Positions 10,021 to 19,573 of a stretch of 64,000 nucleotides of DNA are shown piece by piece. A model generated the notes under the pieces. That model saw only the letters and a list, made by a program, of their open reading frames with translations. It did not search any database and had not been told where the DNA came from. A program made the translations under genes and the position numbers. The number at the start of each line of letters is the position of its first letter. Position 1 is the stretch's first letter. Source of the stretch: Candidatus Collierbacteria bacterium (lineage in GTDB: Bacteria > Patescibacteriota > Microgenomatia > UBA1400 > MFAQ01); assembly GCA_903886255.1 (NCBI GenBank), contig CAISLM010000072.1:18648-82647 (forward strand), read 5' to 3'.

Positions 10021-10317
10021 ATGGCGGCAAAATATATAGAGATTTTTAATGAAATGGTGGAAAAATATGAAAAGGAGTTTGACTCTTTTCAGGAAATCCA
10101 CGACAAGTACGAAGAGAACCCAATTAAATGGCAAGCCGAATTTAACGATGAAGGTAAAAAAATATTAGAGATTGTCAGGACTTATGAGAATCGACTTTGC
10201 GGGCACATGGAAAATACGCAAAATGCGACTTATTCGGCAAACCTGGCAGAGAAATTTAGAAATGAAATAAAAAGATATTTGCCAAAATTGGACATGATAG
10301 GGGTAACTTTGGGATGA
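10021..10317 (+). CDS. Hypothetical protein
   Basis: ORF only; acidic/basic helical composition. Confidence 0.4.
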   Translation: MAAKYIEIFNEMVEKYEKEFDSFQEIHDKYEENPIKWQAEFNDEGKKILEIVRTYENRLCGHMENTQNATYSANLAEKFRNEIKRYLPKLDMIGVTLG

Positions 10318-10334
10318 TCAATTAAACCCGGAAT

Positions 10335-10706
10335 TTACTTGACGCCACAGTCAGCTTTTATTTTTTCGAGGAGAATAGAGCAGAATTGATCTGCAGCGGA
10401 TTTCTTGATCTGATTTATTTGGTCATTAGCTAAATTTGCAGCCTGCTTCGAAACATCGTCACTTATTTGTTTCAGAGGAGAATCAGAGGCATAATCGGTG
10501 GAAACTCCCATGATTTGAGGAATAGGTATTTTTATTTTGTCGGGGAGTACGTTGTTTGCTGCTACGATTACCGGCTTAACAACTGAGTTTTGAAAGGAGG
10601 GATTTTTAATATAGTAATCTATTGGTTTGGAAATCTGAGGAAACATTTTATACAATCCAAACAAAGCAAGTACAACAAGAACAATTCGAACAAATATATT
10701 ATTCAT
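10335..10706 (-). CDS. Hypothetical membrane-anchored protein
   Basis: N-terminal hydrophobic helix (IFVRIVLVVLALFGLY); overlaps the downstream gene by 8 bp. Confidence 0.4.
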   Translation of the reverse strand: MNNIFVRIVLVVLALFGLYKMFPQISKPIDYYIKNPSFQNSVVKPVIVAANNVLPDKIKIPIPQIMGVSTDYASDSPLKQISDDVSKQAANLANDQINQIKKSAADQFCSILLEKIKADCGVK

Positions 10707-11550
10707 TATCTTTGCATATTCTATTTATACTATTAAGTATCGTGGATTTTTCTTCTTTTCCGATAATGTCATTTACTTGATCGTTGAGAAGTGCACTTTT
10801 TAACCTGGCACAAGTAACTATTCCCCTATCGAGTAAAACTTTTATATCATTTTTGGGAATTTGGTAAAGCAGTGTAACCGGATGCAAGCCAGATTTTATA
10901 ATCATATCTTGTAAGCCTTGATCTTTTGGATGCGTCCAAGTTGTAACCCGAAGACCGACACAACTACAATAATCGAACACTTCAGAAGTAACCTTTGTAT
11001 TTGTTATTAGCCACGAGAAACAATTTTCGGAAGGATTGTTTTTTGTTTGGACATCACTAATATCTAAGAATCTTGCGTAGGTATAAAGAGCAACCTGTAT
11101 GTCGGTTTTATATCCCGGCGTATTGTGGTACTTACACTCAACAAAATATTTCTCGTTTTCCTTTTCGGCAATCACATCAACTTCATGGGTAACACATTTT
11201 CCTTGGGTAACAACTCCAACTTCTGTTTTGAATTTTTCGAGCCTTAAGATATCCGACACTAATATTTCAAATGCAAATCCTGATGGTCCCAAATCCATAA
11301 CGGCTCTTTTAAGGCCATAGTTGAAATAATTTTCAACAGGAGCATTTTTTTGTAGATATGAAGAAACATGACCATAAATTGCACCAGTAGTCATGTCTTC
11401 TTTTAGATGACTCTTTAAGTAACTTACGGCTTGGGAAGCGGTGTCTACAGAAAGTCCTGATTTTGCGAGAGATCTAACCACCTTTTCCTCATTAAATGGT
11501 TCTTTAATCCCCGAAGCCTTGGTTATTGTTATGGGGTTTAGATTTTGCAT
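10699..11550 (-). CDS. ATP-cone domain protein fused to a restriction-endonuclease-like (Mrr/PD-(D/E)xK-like) domain
   Basis: The N-terminus resembles an ATP-cone (ITKASGIKEPFNEEKVVRSL). The central region carries a PD-(D/E)xK-like signature (FAFEILVSDIL...HEVDVIAEKENEKYFVECKYH). Confidence 0.5.
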   Translation of the reverse strand: MQNLNPITITKASGIKEPFNEEKVVRSLAKSGLSVDTASQAVSYLKSHLKEDMTTGAIYGHVSSYLQKNAPVENYFNYGLKRAVMDLGPSGFAFEILVSDILRLEKFKTEVGVVTQGKCVTHEVDVIAEKENEKYFVECKYHNTPGYKTDIQVALYTYARFLDISDVQTKNNPSENCFSWLITNTKVTSEVFDYCSCVGLRVTTWTHPKDQGLQDMIIKSGLHPVTLLYQIPKNDIKVLLDRGIVTCARLKSALLNDQVNDIIGKEEKSTILNSINRICKDNE

Positions 11551-11603
11551 CTATCTTAATATTAGCATTAGCCTTAATAGTTAGTATGGGTTAAAATTGA
11601 TAT

Positions 11604-12842
11604 ATGAAAATGAGTAAAATGGGCATTCACCCAGAAAAAAGTGCTCCAAAGGACGCCGATACAATAAATCATCGATTGTTGGTCCAGGCAGGGTTTGTTA
11701 GACAATTGATGGCAGGAGTTTATACATATTTACCTTTTGGTTTAATCGTTCTAAGGAAGATTGAGGCGATAATCCGAGAAGAAATGGATGCAATCGGAGG
11801 TGAAGAAATATTGATGCCAATGCTTCAGCCGGCGGAAATTTGGAAAACGTCCGGAGGCTGGGACCATATTGATGTGCTATTTAAGATAAAAAGCCGAACC
11901 GAAAAAGATTATGCATTAGGCCAAAGCCAAGAAGAAGTCGTAACTACTGTAATGAAAGAATTTATTCGATCATACCGCGACCTCCCAAGAGCAATTTACC
12001 ACATTCAGTGGAAATTTAGAGATGAACTTAGGGCAAAGTCCGGAATATTAAGAGGAAGAGAATTTCTAATGAAGGATATGTATTCATTCCATGAAAATCA
12101 AGAAGACTTTGAAAAATATTATGAAGTGGCCAAAAAGGCATATTTGAGATTATTTTCGCGACTTGGGCTGACAAGTAAGGTCACGGAGGCTTCCGGTGGT
12201 GGCTTTAGCGAAAAAATATCTTATGAATTTGAAGTTTTGACTGACGCAGGTGAAGCCAATATTTTGTATTGTGATTCATGTGAATTCTGCGTAAATGTAG
12301 ATGATATCTCAAAGTATAAGGTGGGTGATCGCTGTCCAAAATGCGATAAAGACGATTTAAAATCGGCGACAGCTTCCGAGGTAGGTAACGTCTTTGATTT
12401 AGGGAGAAAATACACCGAGGCTTTTGACCTTTCATATACTGATCAGAATGGGGAAAAGAAATACCCTATCATGGGGTGTTACGGAATCGGCGTCACCAGA
12501 ACAATGGGTGTAATTGTCGAAAAGTTCCATGATGATAAGGGAATTGTTTGGCCAAAAAACATTGCGCCATTTTTAGTTCACCTCGTGGATATTCAACAAC
12601 AAGAAGAGGCAGAGAAAATTTATAACAGCTTAAAACAAGATGGTATCGATGTTCTCTGGGACGACAGAGAACTAAGCGCCGGAGCGAAGTTTGCCGATTC
12701 GGACTTAATAGGATGTCCAATAAGGGTGGTTGTGTCGGCGAGAAGCATTAGCGCCGGAGGGGTTGAAGTAAAAATGCGCAACGAAACGGAAAGTAAAATT
12801 ATTCCTATAGATAAGCTTTCCAGTTTCGTGAAAAATGTTTGA
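11604..12842 (+). CDS. proS: Proline--tRNA ligase (short bacterial type lacking the editing insertion)
   Basis: Class II aaRS motif 2 (FRDELRAKSGILRGREFLMKDMYSF) and motif 3 (GCYGIGVTRTMGVIVE), plus a C-terminal anticodon-binding domain. Confidence 0.85.
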   Translation: MKMSKMGIHPEKSAPKDADTINHRLLVQAGFVRQLMAGVYTYLPFGLIVLRKIEAIIREEMDAIGGEEILMPMLQPAEIWKTSGGWDHIDVLFKIKSRTEKDYALGQSQEEVVTTVMKEFIRSYRDLPRAIYHIQWKFRDELRAKSGILRGREFLMKDMYSFHENQEDFEKYYEVAKKAYLRLFSRLGLTSKVTEASGGGFSEKISYEFEVLTDAGEANILYCDSCEFCVNVDDISKYKVGDRCPKCDKDDLKSATASEVGNVFDLGRKYTEAFDLSYTDQNGEKKYPIMGCYGIGVTRTMGVIVEKFHDDKGIVWPKNIAPFLVHLVDIQQQEEAEKIYNSLKQDGIDVLWDDRELSAGAKFADSDLIGCPIRVVVSARSISAGGVEVKMRNETESKIIPIDKLSSFVKNV

Positions 12843-13509
12843 GATATTCGGGATAACATTCCATTGGTATGGTCTGCTAATTGGCCTGGGAGTATGGATA
12901 TCAATTGAAATTGCTTTAAGTCATCGAGGCAAAATCGATAAAGATCAGTTGGAAAAAGCGATTTTCTGGGTGATAATCGCCGGAGTAATTGGAGCCAGAC
13001 TTTATCATGTGATTGACTATTGGAACCGATATTATTCCAGTAATTTAATAAAAGTTATTTATGTTTGGGAGGGAGGCTTGGGAATATGGGGAGCAATCGG
13101 TGGTGGAATTTTGGCTTTAATCATTTATTGTTTTGTAAAAAAGATAAGGTTTCTTAAATACTTAGATGCCTTGGTGGTGGGAGTTCCTTTAGCACAAGCG
13201 ATTGGAAGAGTGGGAAATTACATTAACGGTGAACTCTATGGAAAAAACGGGGAGCCTTTGTTTGCATACGAAGGAATATTAAACATTATTTTGTTTGCTA
13301 TTCTGTGGAAGATTTCCGGAAAGCACAAAAAAATCGGTGTCATTTCCGGTGTTTATTTAATTGGCTATGGATTAATCCGAGGCATTTTAGAAAATCTTAG
13401 ACCAGAAGAGATTGTATGGAAACTTTATGGCGTTCCAGCAGCTATTGTTTTTAGCTGCCTAGCAATAATCTCAGGAATTTATCTTATTTTCCGGAGAAAA
13501 CAATCCTGA
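12835..13509 (+). CDS. lgt: Prolipoprotein diacylglyceryl transferase
   Basis: The Lgt signature GRVGNYINGELYG and multi-TM profile. The start overlaps the proS stop (ATGTTTGA). Confidence 0.85.
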   Translation: MFEIFGITFHWYGLLIGLGVWISIEIALSHRGKIDKDQLEKAIFWVIIAGVIGARLYHVIDYWNRYYSSNLIKVIYVWEGGLGIWGAIGGGILALIIYCFVKKIRFLKYLDALVVGVPLAQAIGRVGNYINGELYGKNGEPLFAYEGILNIILFAILWKISGKHKKIGVISGVYLIGYGLIRGILENLRPEEIVWKLYGVPAAIVFSCLAIISGIYLIFRRKQS

Positions 13510-15826
13510 CGACATCATCCATACTCTTTACAAAATGAAATTTTAAATCAGTTCTCACTTTTTCAGGAAGATCGGCAAGATTTTTTTCATTGTCCTTGGG
13601 TAGAATTATTTGTTTGATTCCGGCCCGATGGGCTGCAATAACTTTTTCACGGACTCCGCCTATTTCCAGTGCACGTCCACGTAAGGTTACTTCCCCTGTC
13701 ATGGCCAAGTCTTTGGGAACTGCTTTTCCGGAAAGGGCAGAAATAATTGCTGTGGTTATCGCCAGACCGGCGCTGGGGCCATCTTTCGGGACTGCTCCTT
13801 CCGGAACATGGATGTGAATATCGGATCTGGCAATTTTGCTATCATTTATACCTAACAATTTACTGTGTGAGCGAACATATGAATACGCTGCTTTGGCGGA
13901 TTCTTTCATGACATCGCCAAGCTGACCGGTAAGAGTAATTTTTCCTTGTCCCGGCATTACGGCGACTTCAATAAAGAGAATATCTCCTCCGACTTTGGTG
14001 TATGCCAAGCCAGTTACCAAACCAACCTGGTCGATATCTTCCGCAAGAGTGTGGTTATAAATAACAGGACCGAGATATTTGTTAATTTTTTCTTTGGTAA
14101 TGACAATTGGCAATTCTTTTCCCGAAGCTTTGGCTTTGGCAACTTTACGCATAAGAGAGGCTATCTGTCTTTCAAGATTTCTGACGCCAGCTTCCCTGGT
14201 ATAGTGACGCACCAAAAACTTAAGCATAGCCGAAGATAGTTCAAAATCTTTTTGATCAATAGCGTTAGCTTCCGATTGTTTCTTGATGAGATACTTTTTT
14301 CCAATGAAATATTTTTCTTCTTCGGTGTATCCGGAAAACTCAATTACTTCAAGACGATCTCTTAGGGCTGCGGGAATAGTGTCTAAGACGTTGGCTGTCG
14401 TTATAAATAAAACTTGGGAAAGATCGAAGGGGATATCAAGATAGTGGTCTTGAAAGGCAAAGTTTTGCTCCGGATCAAGTGCTTCAAGAAGGGCTGAGCT
14501 GGGATCGCCACGGAAATCGGCACCAATTTTATCGATTTCATCAAGCATAAAAACAGGATTGCTAACTCCGCTATCTTTAATTGATTGGATAATTCTTCCC
14601 GGCATGGCACCAACATAAGTTCGTCTGTGACCACGAATTTCAGCTTCATCTTTTAAACCTCCAAGTGACATCTTGACGAATTTTCGTCCAATGGCTTTGG
14701 CGATTGATCTACCGACAGAGGTTTTACCGACACCTGGAGGTCCAACGAAACAAAGTATAGTGGGCGGGTTAACGGCATGAGCTTTGGTTTTTTTGACCTG
14801 ATCACTTTTGAGTTTTAGAACGGCGATATATTCAAGAATTCTTTCTTTCACTTTTTCCAGACCATAGTGATCTTGATCAAGAATTTTTTCTGCTTTGGGT
14901 AGAGAATAGCTGCTTTTGGTGTATTCACCCCAGGGTAACTCAAGGACAGTTTCAATCCAGGTTCTAAGATAGGATGTTTCAGGATTGTGGATAGATAATT
15001 TTTTTAAACGATCCAGCTCCTTGGCGACTTTTGCGTGGATATCTTTGGGAAGGTTAGCCTTTTTTAATTTGACTTTTAACTCGGTAATTTCTTCCTCTTC
15101 CCCACCCTCTCCAAGTTCCTTTTGGATGGCTCGCATTCTTTCTCGAAGGACAGCTTCTTTCATGCTGTCGTCAAATCGTTTTTGGGTTTTGTTTTCGATC
15201 TTTTTTTCCAATTCAAGAATCTTTATTTCTTCATTGAGGTGGTCGGTTATGAAAGTAAGTCTTTTTTCCAAGGAATTGTTTTCAAGAAGTTTTTGTTTCT
15301 CTTCATTTTTAACATCGAGGATGGATGATATTTGGAAGGAAATGAGTAGTGGATCCGAACTGTTGATGATTTTGGCTAGGACGCCTGGCTCAACGTTGGC
15401 TTTCCCCAGCTCCGATGCTCGTTTTATGAGAGCGACAGCGCGATTAGAAAGGGCGGAAATTTCTGTGGTTATGGTGTTGTCTTCGGGGTATTCAGAAACA
15501 AGGGCCCAAATTAGGCCATCTTTTTCTTCTATTTTCTCTATCTTGACCCTGAATAGACCTTTTACAATGGCGTGGAGCTCTTCGTTTACAGGAAGCGTCT
15601 TAACTATTTTACAGACCGAACCGACGAGATAATAATCGTCAAGTCCAATGGCCGTAGCTTTTGCGTCTTTTTGTGAAACAAAGCAAACCTCTTGGTTATT
15701 GGTAAAAGCACTATTAATACCGGTAATAGAAGCCGGTTTACCGAATGTCAGAACCGCTTCTGTTTCCGGAAAAATAACACCCTCTTTGAGGCCGATAAAT
15801 GGTACTAATGTTTGGTGAATAGGCAT
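13484..15826 (-). CDS. lon: ATP-dependent Lon protease
   Basis: Lon N-domain, AAA+ Walker A GPPGVGKTS, and a C-terminal protease domain with the catalytic Ser motif PKDGPSAGLAITTAI. Confidence 0.9.
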   Translation of the reverse strand: MPIHQTLVPFIGLKEGVIFPETEAVLTFGKPASITGINSAFTNNQEVCFVSQKDAKATAIGLDDYYLVGSVCKIVKTLPVNEELHAIVKGLFRVKIEKIEEKDGLIWALVSEYPEDNTITTEISALSNRAVALIKRASELGKANVEPGVLAKIINSSDPLLISFQISSILDVKNEEKQKLLENNSLEKRLTFITDHLNEEIKILELEKKIENKTQKRFDDSMKEAVLRERMRAIQKELGEGGEEEEITELKVKLKKANLPKDIHAKVAKELDRLKKLSIHNPETSYLRTWIETVLELPWGEYTKSSYSLPKAEKILDQDHYGLEKVKERILEYIAVLKLKSDQVKKTKAHAVNPPTILCFVGPPGVGKTSVGRSIAKAIGRKFVKMSLGGLKDEAEIRGHRRTYVGAMPGRIIQSIKDSGVSNPVFMLDEIDKIGADFRGDPSSALLEALDPEQNFAFQDHYLDIPFDLSQVLFITTANVLDTIPAALRDRLEVIEFSGYTEEEKYFIGKKYLIKKQSEANAIDQKDFELSSAMLKFLVRHYTREAGVRNLERQIASLMRKVAKAKASGKELPIVITKEKINKYLGPVIYNHTLAEDIDQVGLVTGLAYTKVGGDILFIEVAVMPGQGKITLTGQLGDVMKESAKAAYSYVRSHSKLLGINDSKIARSDIHIHVPEGAVPKDGPSAGLAITTAIISALSGKAVPKDLAMTGEVTLRGRALEIGGVREKVIAAHRAGIKQIILPKDNEKNLADLPEKVRTDLKFHFVKSMDDVVRIVFSGK

Positions 15827-15959
15827 AGTTTTCAGATTTTAGCAGGAAACACCGGAAATTGCTAATTATTAATGGTTATAGATTCTCAAACCGATAAGAA
15901 TGGTTGCCAAAACAGCCATAAAGGTTATCAGAATAAACAATGAAAATGAAAACTGTCTG

Positions 15960-16436
15960 TTATTGGATGACATTTTTTGTGTTTGCAACGACTTCTAAAG
16001 TTTTTTCGTCGGACCAAAGATTATTGTCCCCGACCTTCGCATAGGCCCGAAAGTAAACTTTGCCGATTTTATTAAATTTTATGGACAAATTAAAATTATC
16101 AGGTAGCTTAAAAATGCCTTTGAAATAGTCCTCGAGATGATACGAATAGCCAACAGCTTCCGGAGTATCTTCCCTAGTTAGAGCACTGGGGCTTGAGTTG
16201 TAATCCCAGTAAATTGTTGTTTTGGAAGTCGCGAGATCAGATGAACTATTAACATCCCAAACGAAAGTCCCATTTTGACCTGCTACGACACTTTCAGGAT
16301 AAGATTCAAAAGTAATTCCCAGAGGTGATGGTTTGGTTTCAGAAATACTTTTTTGGGCGGAAATATAGTTATAGATAACTAAACTAATAAAAATAACAGA
16401 TATCAATAAAATATAAAGGATAGTTTTTCGGTTCAT
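15960..16436 (-). CDS. Hypothetical exported protein
   Basis: N-terminal signal/anchor helix; no recognisable motifs. Confidence 0.4.
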   Translation of the reverse strand: MNRKTILYILLISVIFISLVIYNYISAQKSISETKPSPLGITFESYPESVVAGQNGTFVWDVNSSSDLATSKTTIYWDYNSSPSALTREDTPEAVGYSYHLEDYFKGIFKLPDNFNLSIKFNKIGKVYFRAYAKVGDNNLWSDEKTLEVVANTKNVIQ

Positions 16437-16894
16437 ATTTTGTCTGATTCCATAATGATTGTGACTGGACCATTTAGGTTTGAATCTATTTTCATATGCT
16501 CTCCAAAATAACCTGTTTTAACGGGCAGTCCAGCTTCTGTAAGTTTAACAGTAAATAGATCATAAAGTTTTACGGCAAGTTCTTTGTCTGCAGCAGCAAA
16601 AAAATCAGGCCGGTTACATTTTTTAACATTTCCGAAAAGAGTAAATTGAGATATTAGCAGAACTTCACCACCAATAGTTTTTACATCAAGATTCATTTTC
16701 TTATTATCGTCCGGGAAAACTCTGAGTTTAATTATTTTCTTAATTAATTTGTTGACATCCACTTCTGAATCGAGTCGGGAAACTCCCAAAAATACCACCA
16801 AACCTTTGTCAATTTTTCTCTCGGTTTCTTTGAGCTTGCCAAAAATGGATACACTGGCTTGGTCAACTACTTGAATGACAACAATCATATGCAA
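16433..16894 (-). CDS. dtd: D-aminoacyl-tRNA deacylase
   Basis: Dtd family pattern (MIVVIQVVDQASV...LLISQFTLFGNVKKCNRPDF...NGPVT). Confidence 0.8.
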   Translation of the reverse strand: MHMIVVIQVVDQASVSIFGKLKETERKIDKGLVVFLGVSRLDSEVDVNKLIKKIIKLRVFPDDNKKMNLDVKTIGGEVLLISQFTLFGNVKKCNRPDFFAAADKELAVKLYDLFTVKLTEAGLPVKTGYFGEHMKIDSNLNGPVTIIMESDKI

Positions 16895-16903
16895 TGATTA
16901 TAA

Positions 16904-17791
16904 TTGCTTGTGAGAATAAAACGTAATATTTCCATATTTATATTGGCTGCAGGACTAATTTTCCTGGCGATTTTTATATTCGAAAAAGACAATACGGCAA
17001 AAGAATCAAATTTTGCGGCAAAAAAACAGGGGGTGCTTGTCACTCCCGCCGTAACGCCGATTGCTTCACCATCGGCAACACCAACACCAAAACCCTTAAC
17101 GTTTGCCGAAATGAATCAGTTGTATGGCCCTTGTGTATCTTTGCCGGTATTGATGTTCCATCATGTTGAGGATTTAACAGCGGCAAAAACGGAAGGACAT
17201 TTGTCACTAACTGTGGGAATTGATTACTTTAAAAAAGACTTGGAGTATCTCACCAGTAAAGGCTACAACACTATTTCTCCGGAACAACTGATAAGTTTTT
17301 TTGACAATGGGGTTGCTCTACCGGCAAAACCTGTGATGTTAACTTTCGATGACGGATATGCGGACAATGGAACGGACATGTATCAAGCAATACTAGCTGC
17401 TAAAGTTAAGGGGACAATTTTTACACCAACAGGACTATTAAATAATCCAGGGTATTTAAATTGGGAAAAGATTAGAGAAATGGCCGGGTCAGGATTAATT
17501 AGCTTTGGTAACCACACATGGTCCCACAGAAATGTTGGCGGATCAGCTAGTGTAATTCAATACGAAATTACTACTGCGGACACACAACTTTCCGAACAAG
17601 GACTAAATAATCCAAAAATATTTGCTTATCCATATGGATTGGAAAGCAGCCAGGCGATAAAAGATTTGAAGACTTTGGGCTATAAACTGGCATTTACTAC
17701 AGTTAACGGACGAATACTTTGCGAAAAGAAAAGATTTGATTTGCCCAGGATAAGAATAGGGAACTCTTCATTGTCGAGTTACGGACTCTAA
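16904..17791 (+). CDS. Polysaccharide deacetylase (NodB homology domain) with an N-terminal membrane anchor
   Basis: NodB motifs (LTFDDGYADN and the HTWSH region). Confidence 0.75.
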   Translation: MLVRIKRNISIFILAAGLIFLAIFIFEKDNTAKESNFAAKKQGVLVTPAVTPIASPSATPTPKPLTFAEMNQLYGPCVSLPVLMFHHVEDLTAAKTEGHLSLTVGIDYFKKDLEYLTSKGYNTISPEQLISFFDNGVALPAKPVMLTFDDGYADNGTDMYQAILAAKVKGTIFTPTGLLNNPGYLNWEKIREMAGSGLISFGNHTWSHRNVGGSASVIQYEITTADTQLSEQGLNNPKIFAYPYGLESSQAIKDLKTLGYKLAFTTVNGRILCEKKRFDLPRIRIGNSSLSSYGL

Positions 17792-18385
17792 TTACTTTAT
17801 AGTCGATTCGAATTCTATTCCGAGCGATTGTTCCGGTCCAACATTGCCGTTTTTTAGATCCACCAAAACCCAACCGCCATCTTCTTTTTTGGTAATTTTC
17901 GCACCGATAAATTCATTGAATAAACAACTGAGAAAGTTTCCATGAGTAACAACAATACAGCTCTCGATACCTTTTATCTCAAGAAGAGAAAGGCATTTTC
18001 GAACTCGTCCGGTTAAATCTTCATATCTTTCACTTCCATCAACGTATTCCCCTTTGTCGAGCAATAATACTTGATCGGGATATTTCATATTGGCTTCAGA
18101 TTTTTCGAGCCCAGTAAGAACCCCGTATTTGTTTTGTTCTTTGGCATATTCGAAAACTTCTAGCGGTAGATTTAGTGAATCAGAAATTATTTTGGCGGTT
18201 GACCTTGCTCTCAATAATGGTGAGGTGAAGACTTTCTCAAATGAAATATTGAGATTTTTTATTGAGGTGATCCTGTCTTTTATTTCTTCCGCCCCCTTGG
18301 CGGTAAGTGGAAAATCTCCCCAGCCACCATATCGATTTTCGATGTCATCTTGAGCCTCGCCATGTCGCAAAAATAATATTTTCAT
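17792..18385 (-). CDS. Histidine phosphatase family protein (phosphoglycerate mutase-like)
   Basis: N-terminal RHG motif (MKILFLRHGEAQ) and a downstream His region (VVTHGNF). Confidence 0.7.
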   Translation of the reverse strand: MKILFLRHGEAQDDIENRYGGWGDFPLTAKGAEEIKDRITSIKNLNISFEKVFTSPLLRARSTAKIISDSLNLPLEVFEYAKEQNKYGVLTGLEKSEANMKYPDQVLLLDKGEYVDGSERYEDLTGRVRKCLSLLEIKGIESCIVVTHGNFLSCLFNEFIGAKITKKEDGGWVLVDLKNGNVGPEQSLGIEFESTIK

Positions 18386-18415
18386 ATTTCATCTTAATCT
18401 ATTCGTTGACGAAAA

Positions 18416-19564
18416 TTAATGAAAGTATTTTTTACCTTTTAGTTGGTCAGGTAATAAATCTTCGATGGTGTATGCTTCGTAGCCTTTTCCATAACCCAGT
18501 TGTTTCATTAATTTGGTAGGAGCATTTCTGAGGTTGAGGGGTATGGGAAGATTACCGAATTTTTGAACATCTTCCAGTGCTCTGAGATAACTTTCATAAG
18601 CCGAGCGATTTTTTTTGGCTTGAGCCAGGTAAACTGCACCAGCTGCGAGATTTTCCCGACATTCGGGATAGCCGATTTGCTGACAGGCCTGGAAAACGGC
18701 GTTGGCAACGACTAAGGCTGTGGGTGAAGCGACGTCTTCAGAAGCAAAGACAACCATTCTCCGGGCAATAAAAATGGGGTCTTCACCGGAATCAACCAAT
18801 CGGGCAAGATAGTAGAGGGCGGCATCGGGATTGCTGGCGCGCATGGACTTGATGAAAGCGGAAATTGTGTTGTAGTGTTCTTCGCCTTGTTTGTCGAAGC
18901 GAAGAAAGCGGGATTGAAGAGCAGTTTTGAAGTTACCAATCGTTAATGTTCCATATAGGGAAGCGGTGGACTCAATAAGTCCAATTGCTTGACGGGCATC
19001 TCCATTGGCAAAATTGGCAAGCCAATCTTTACTTTCACTGTCGAGTTTTAGTTTGAGCACTTTCGTTGCCCGAACAATTATTTTTTCTATTTCTTCCGGA
19101 GAAAGTTCCTTCAGGACAAAAACGCGACAACGGGAAAGAAGGGGTGGAATGATTTCAAAACTAGGATTCTCAGTGGTGGCACCGATAAGAGTAAGCTTGC
19201 CCCTTTCTACGAATGGTAGAAGGTAATCCTGCTGGGCTTTGTTGAAACGATGAATTTCGTCTAGGAATAAAACGACTGGCTTGGTAGTATTCTCGGTATT
19301 TTTAATTATGGTACGAATATCATCTTTACCTGCAGATACGGCGGAAAGTTCATAAAAGTCAGCATCAATGGCGTCTGAATAAATACGAGCAATCGTGGTT
19401 TTCCCGGTACCCGGAGGGCCCCAAAGAATAAAGGAAAAAATATGTTTCGTTTTTATTGCCTGGCTTAGGGGCTTTCCTTCTCCAACCAGGTGATCTTGAC
19501 CAATATATTCTTTGAGATTTTTGGGGCGAATTTTTGAGGCAAGAGGTTCAATTAAGTTAGACAT
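18416..19564 (-). CDS. rarA: Replication-associated recombination protein A (AAA+ ATPase)
   Basis: Walker [10 protein letters not shown], Walker [11 protein letters not shown], and MgsA C-terminal conserved regions. Confidence 0.85.
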   Translation of the reverse strand: MSNLIEPLASKIRPKNLKEYIGQDHLVGEGKPLSQAIKTKHIFSFILWGPPGTGKTTIARIYSDAIDADFYELSAVSAGKDDIRTIIKNTENTTKPVVLFLDEIHRFNKAQQDYLLPFVERGKLTLIGATTENPSFEIIPPLLSRCRVFVLKELSPEEIEKIIVRATKVLKLKLDSESKDWLANFANGDARQAIGLIESTASLYGTLTIGNFKTALQSRFLRFDKQGEEHYNTISAFIKSMRASNPDAALYYLARLVDSGEDPIFIARRMVVFASEDVASPTALVVANAVFQACQQIGYPECRENLAAGAVYLAQAKKNRSAYESYLRALEDVQKFGNLPIPLNLRNAPTKLMKQLGYGKGYEAYTIEDLLPDQLKGKKYFH

Positions 19565-19573
19565 ATTCGGTGT

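Noticed and set aside
14985-15632. 215-aa plus-strand ORF (and 15122..15328) inside the lon gene
   Set aside because: It is antisense to a strongly supported Lon coding region, its composition is Ser/Phe-rich and low-complexity, and it has no RBS. It is a frame artefact.
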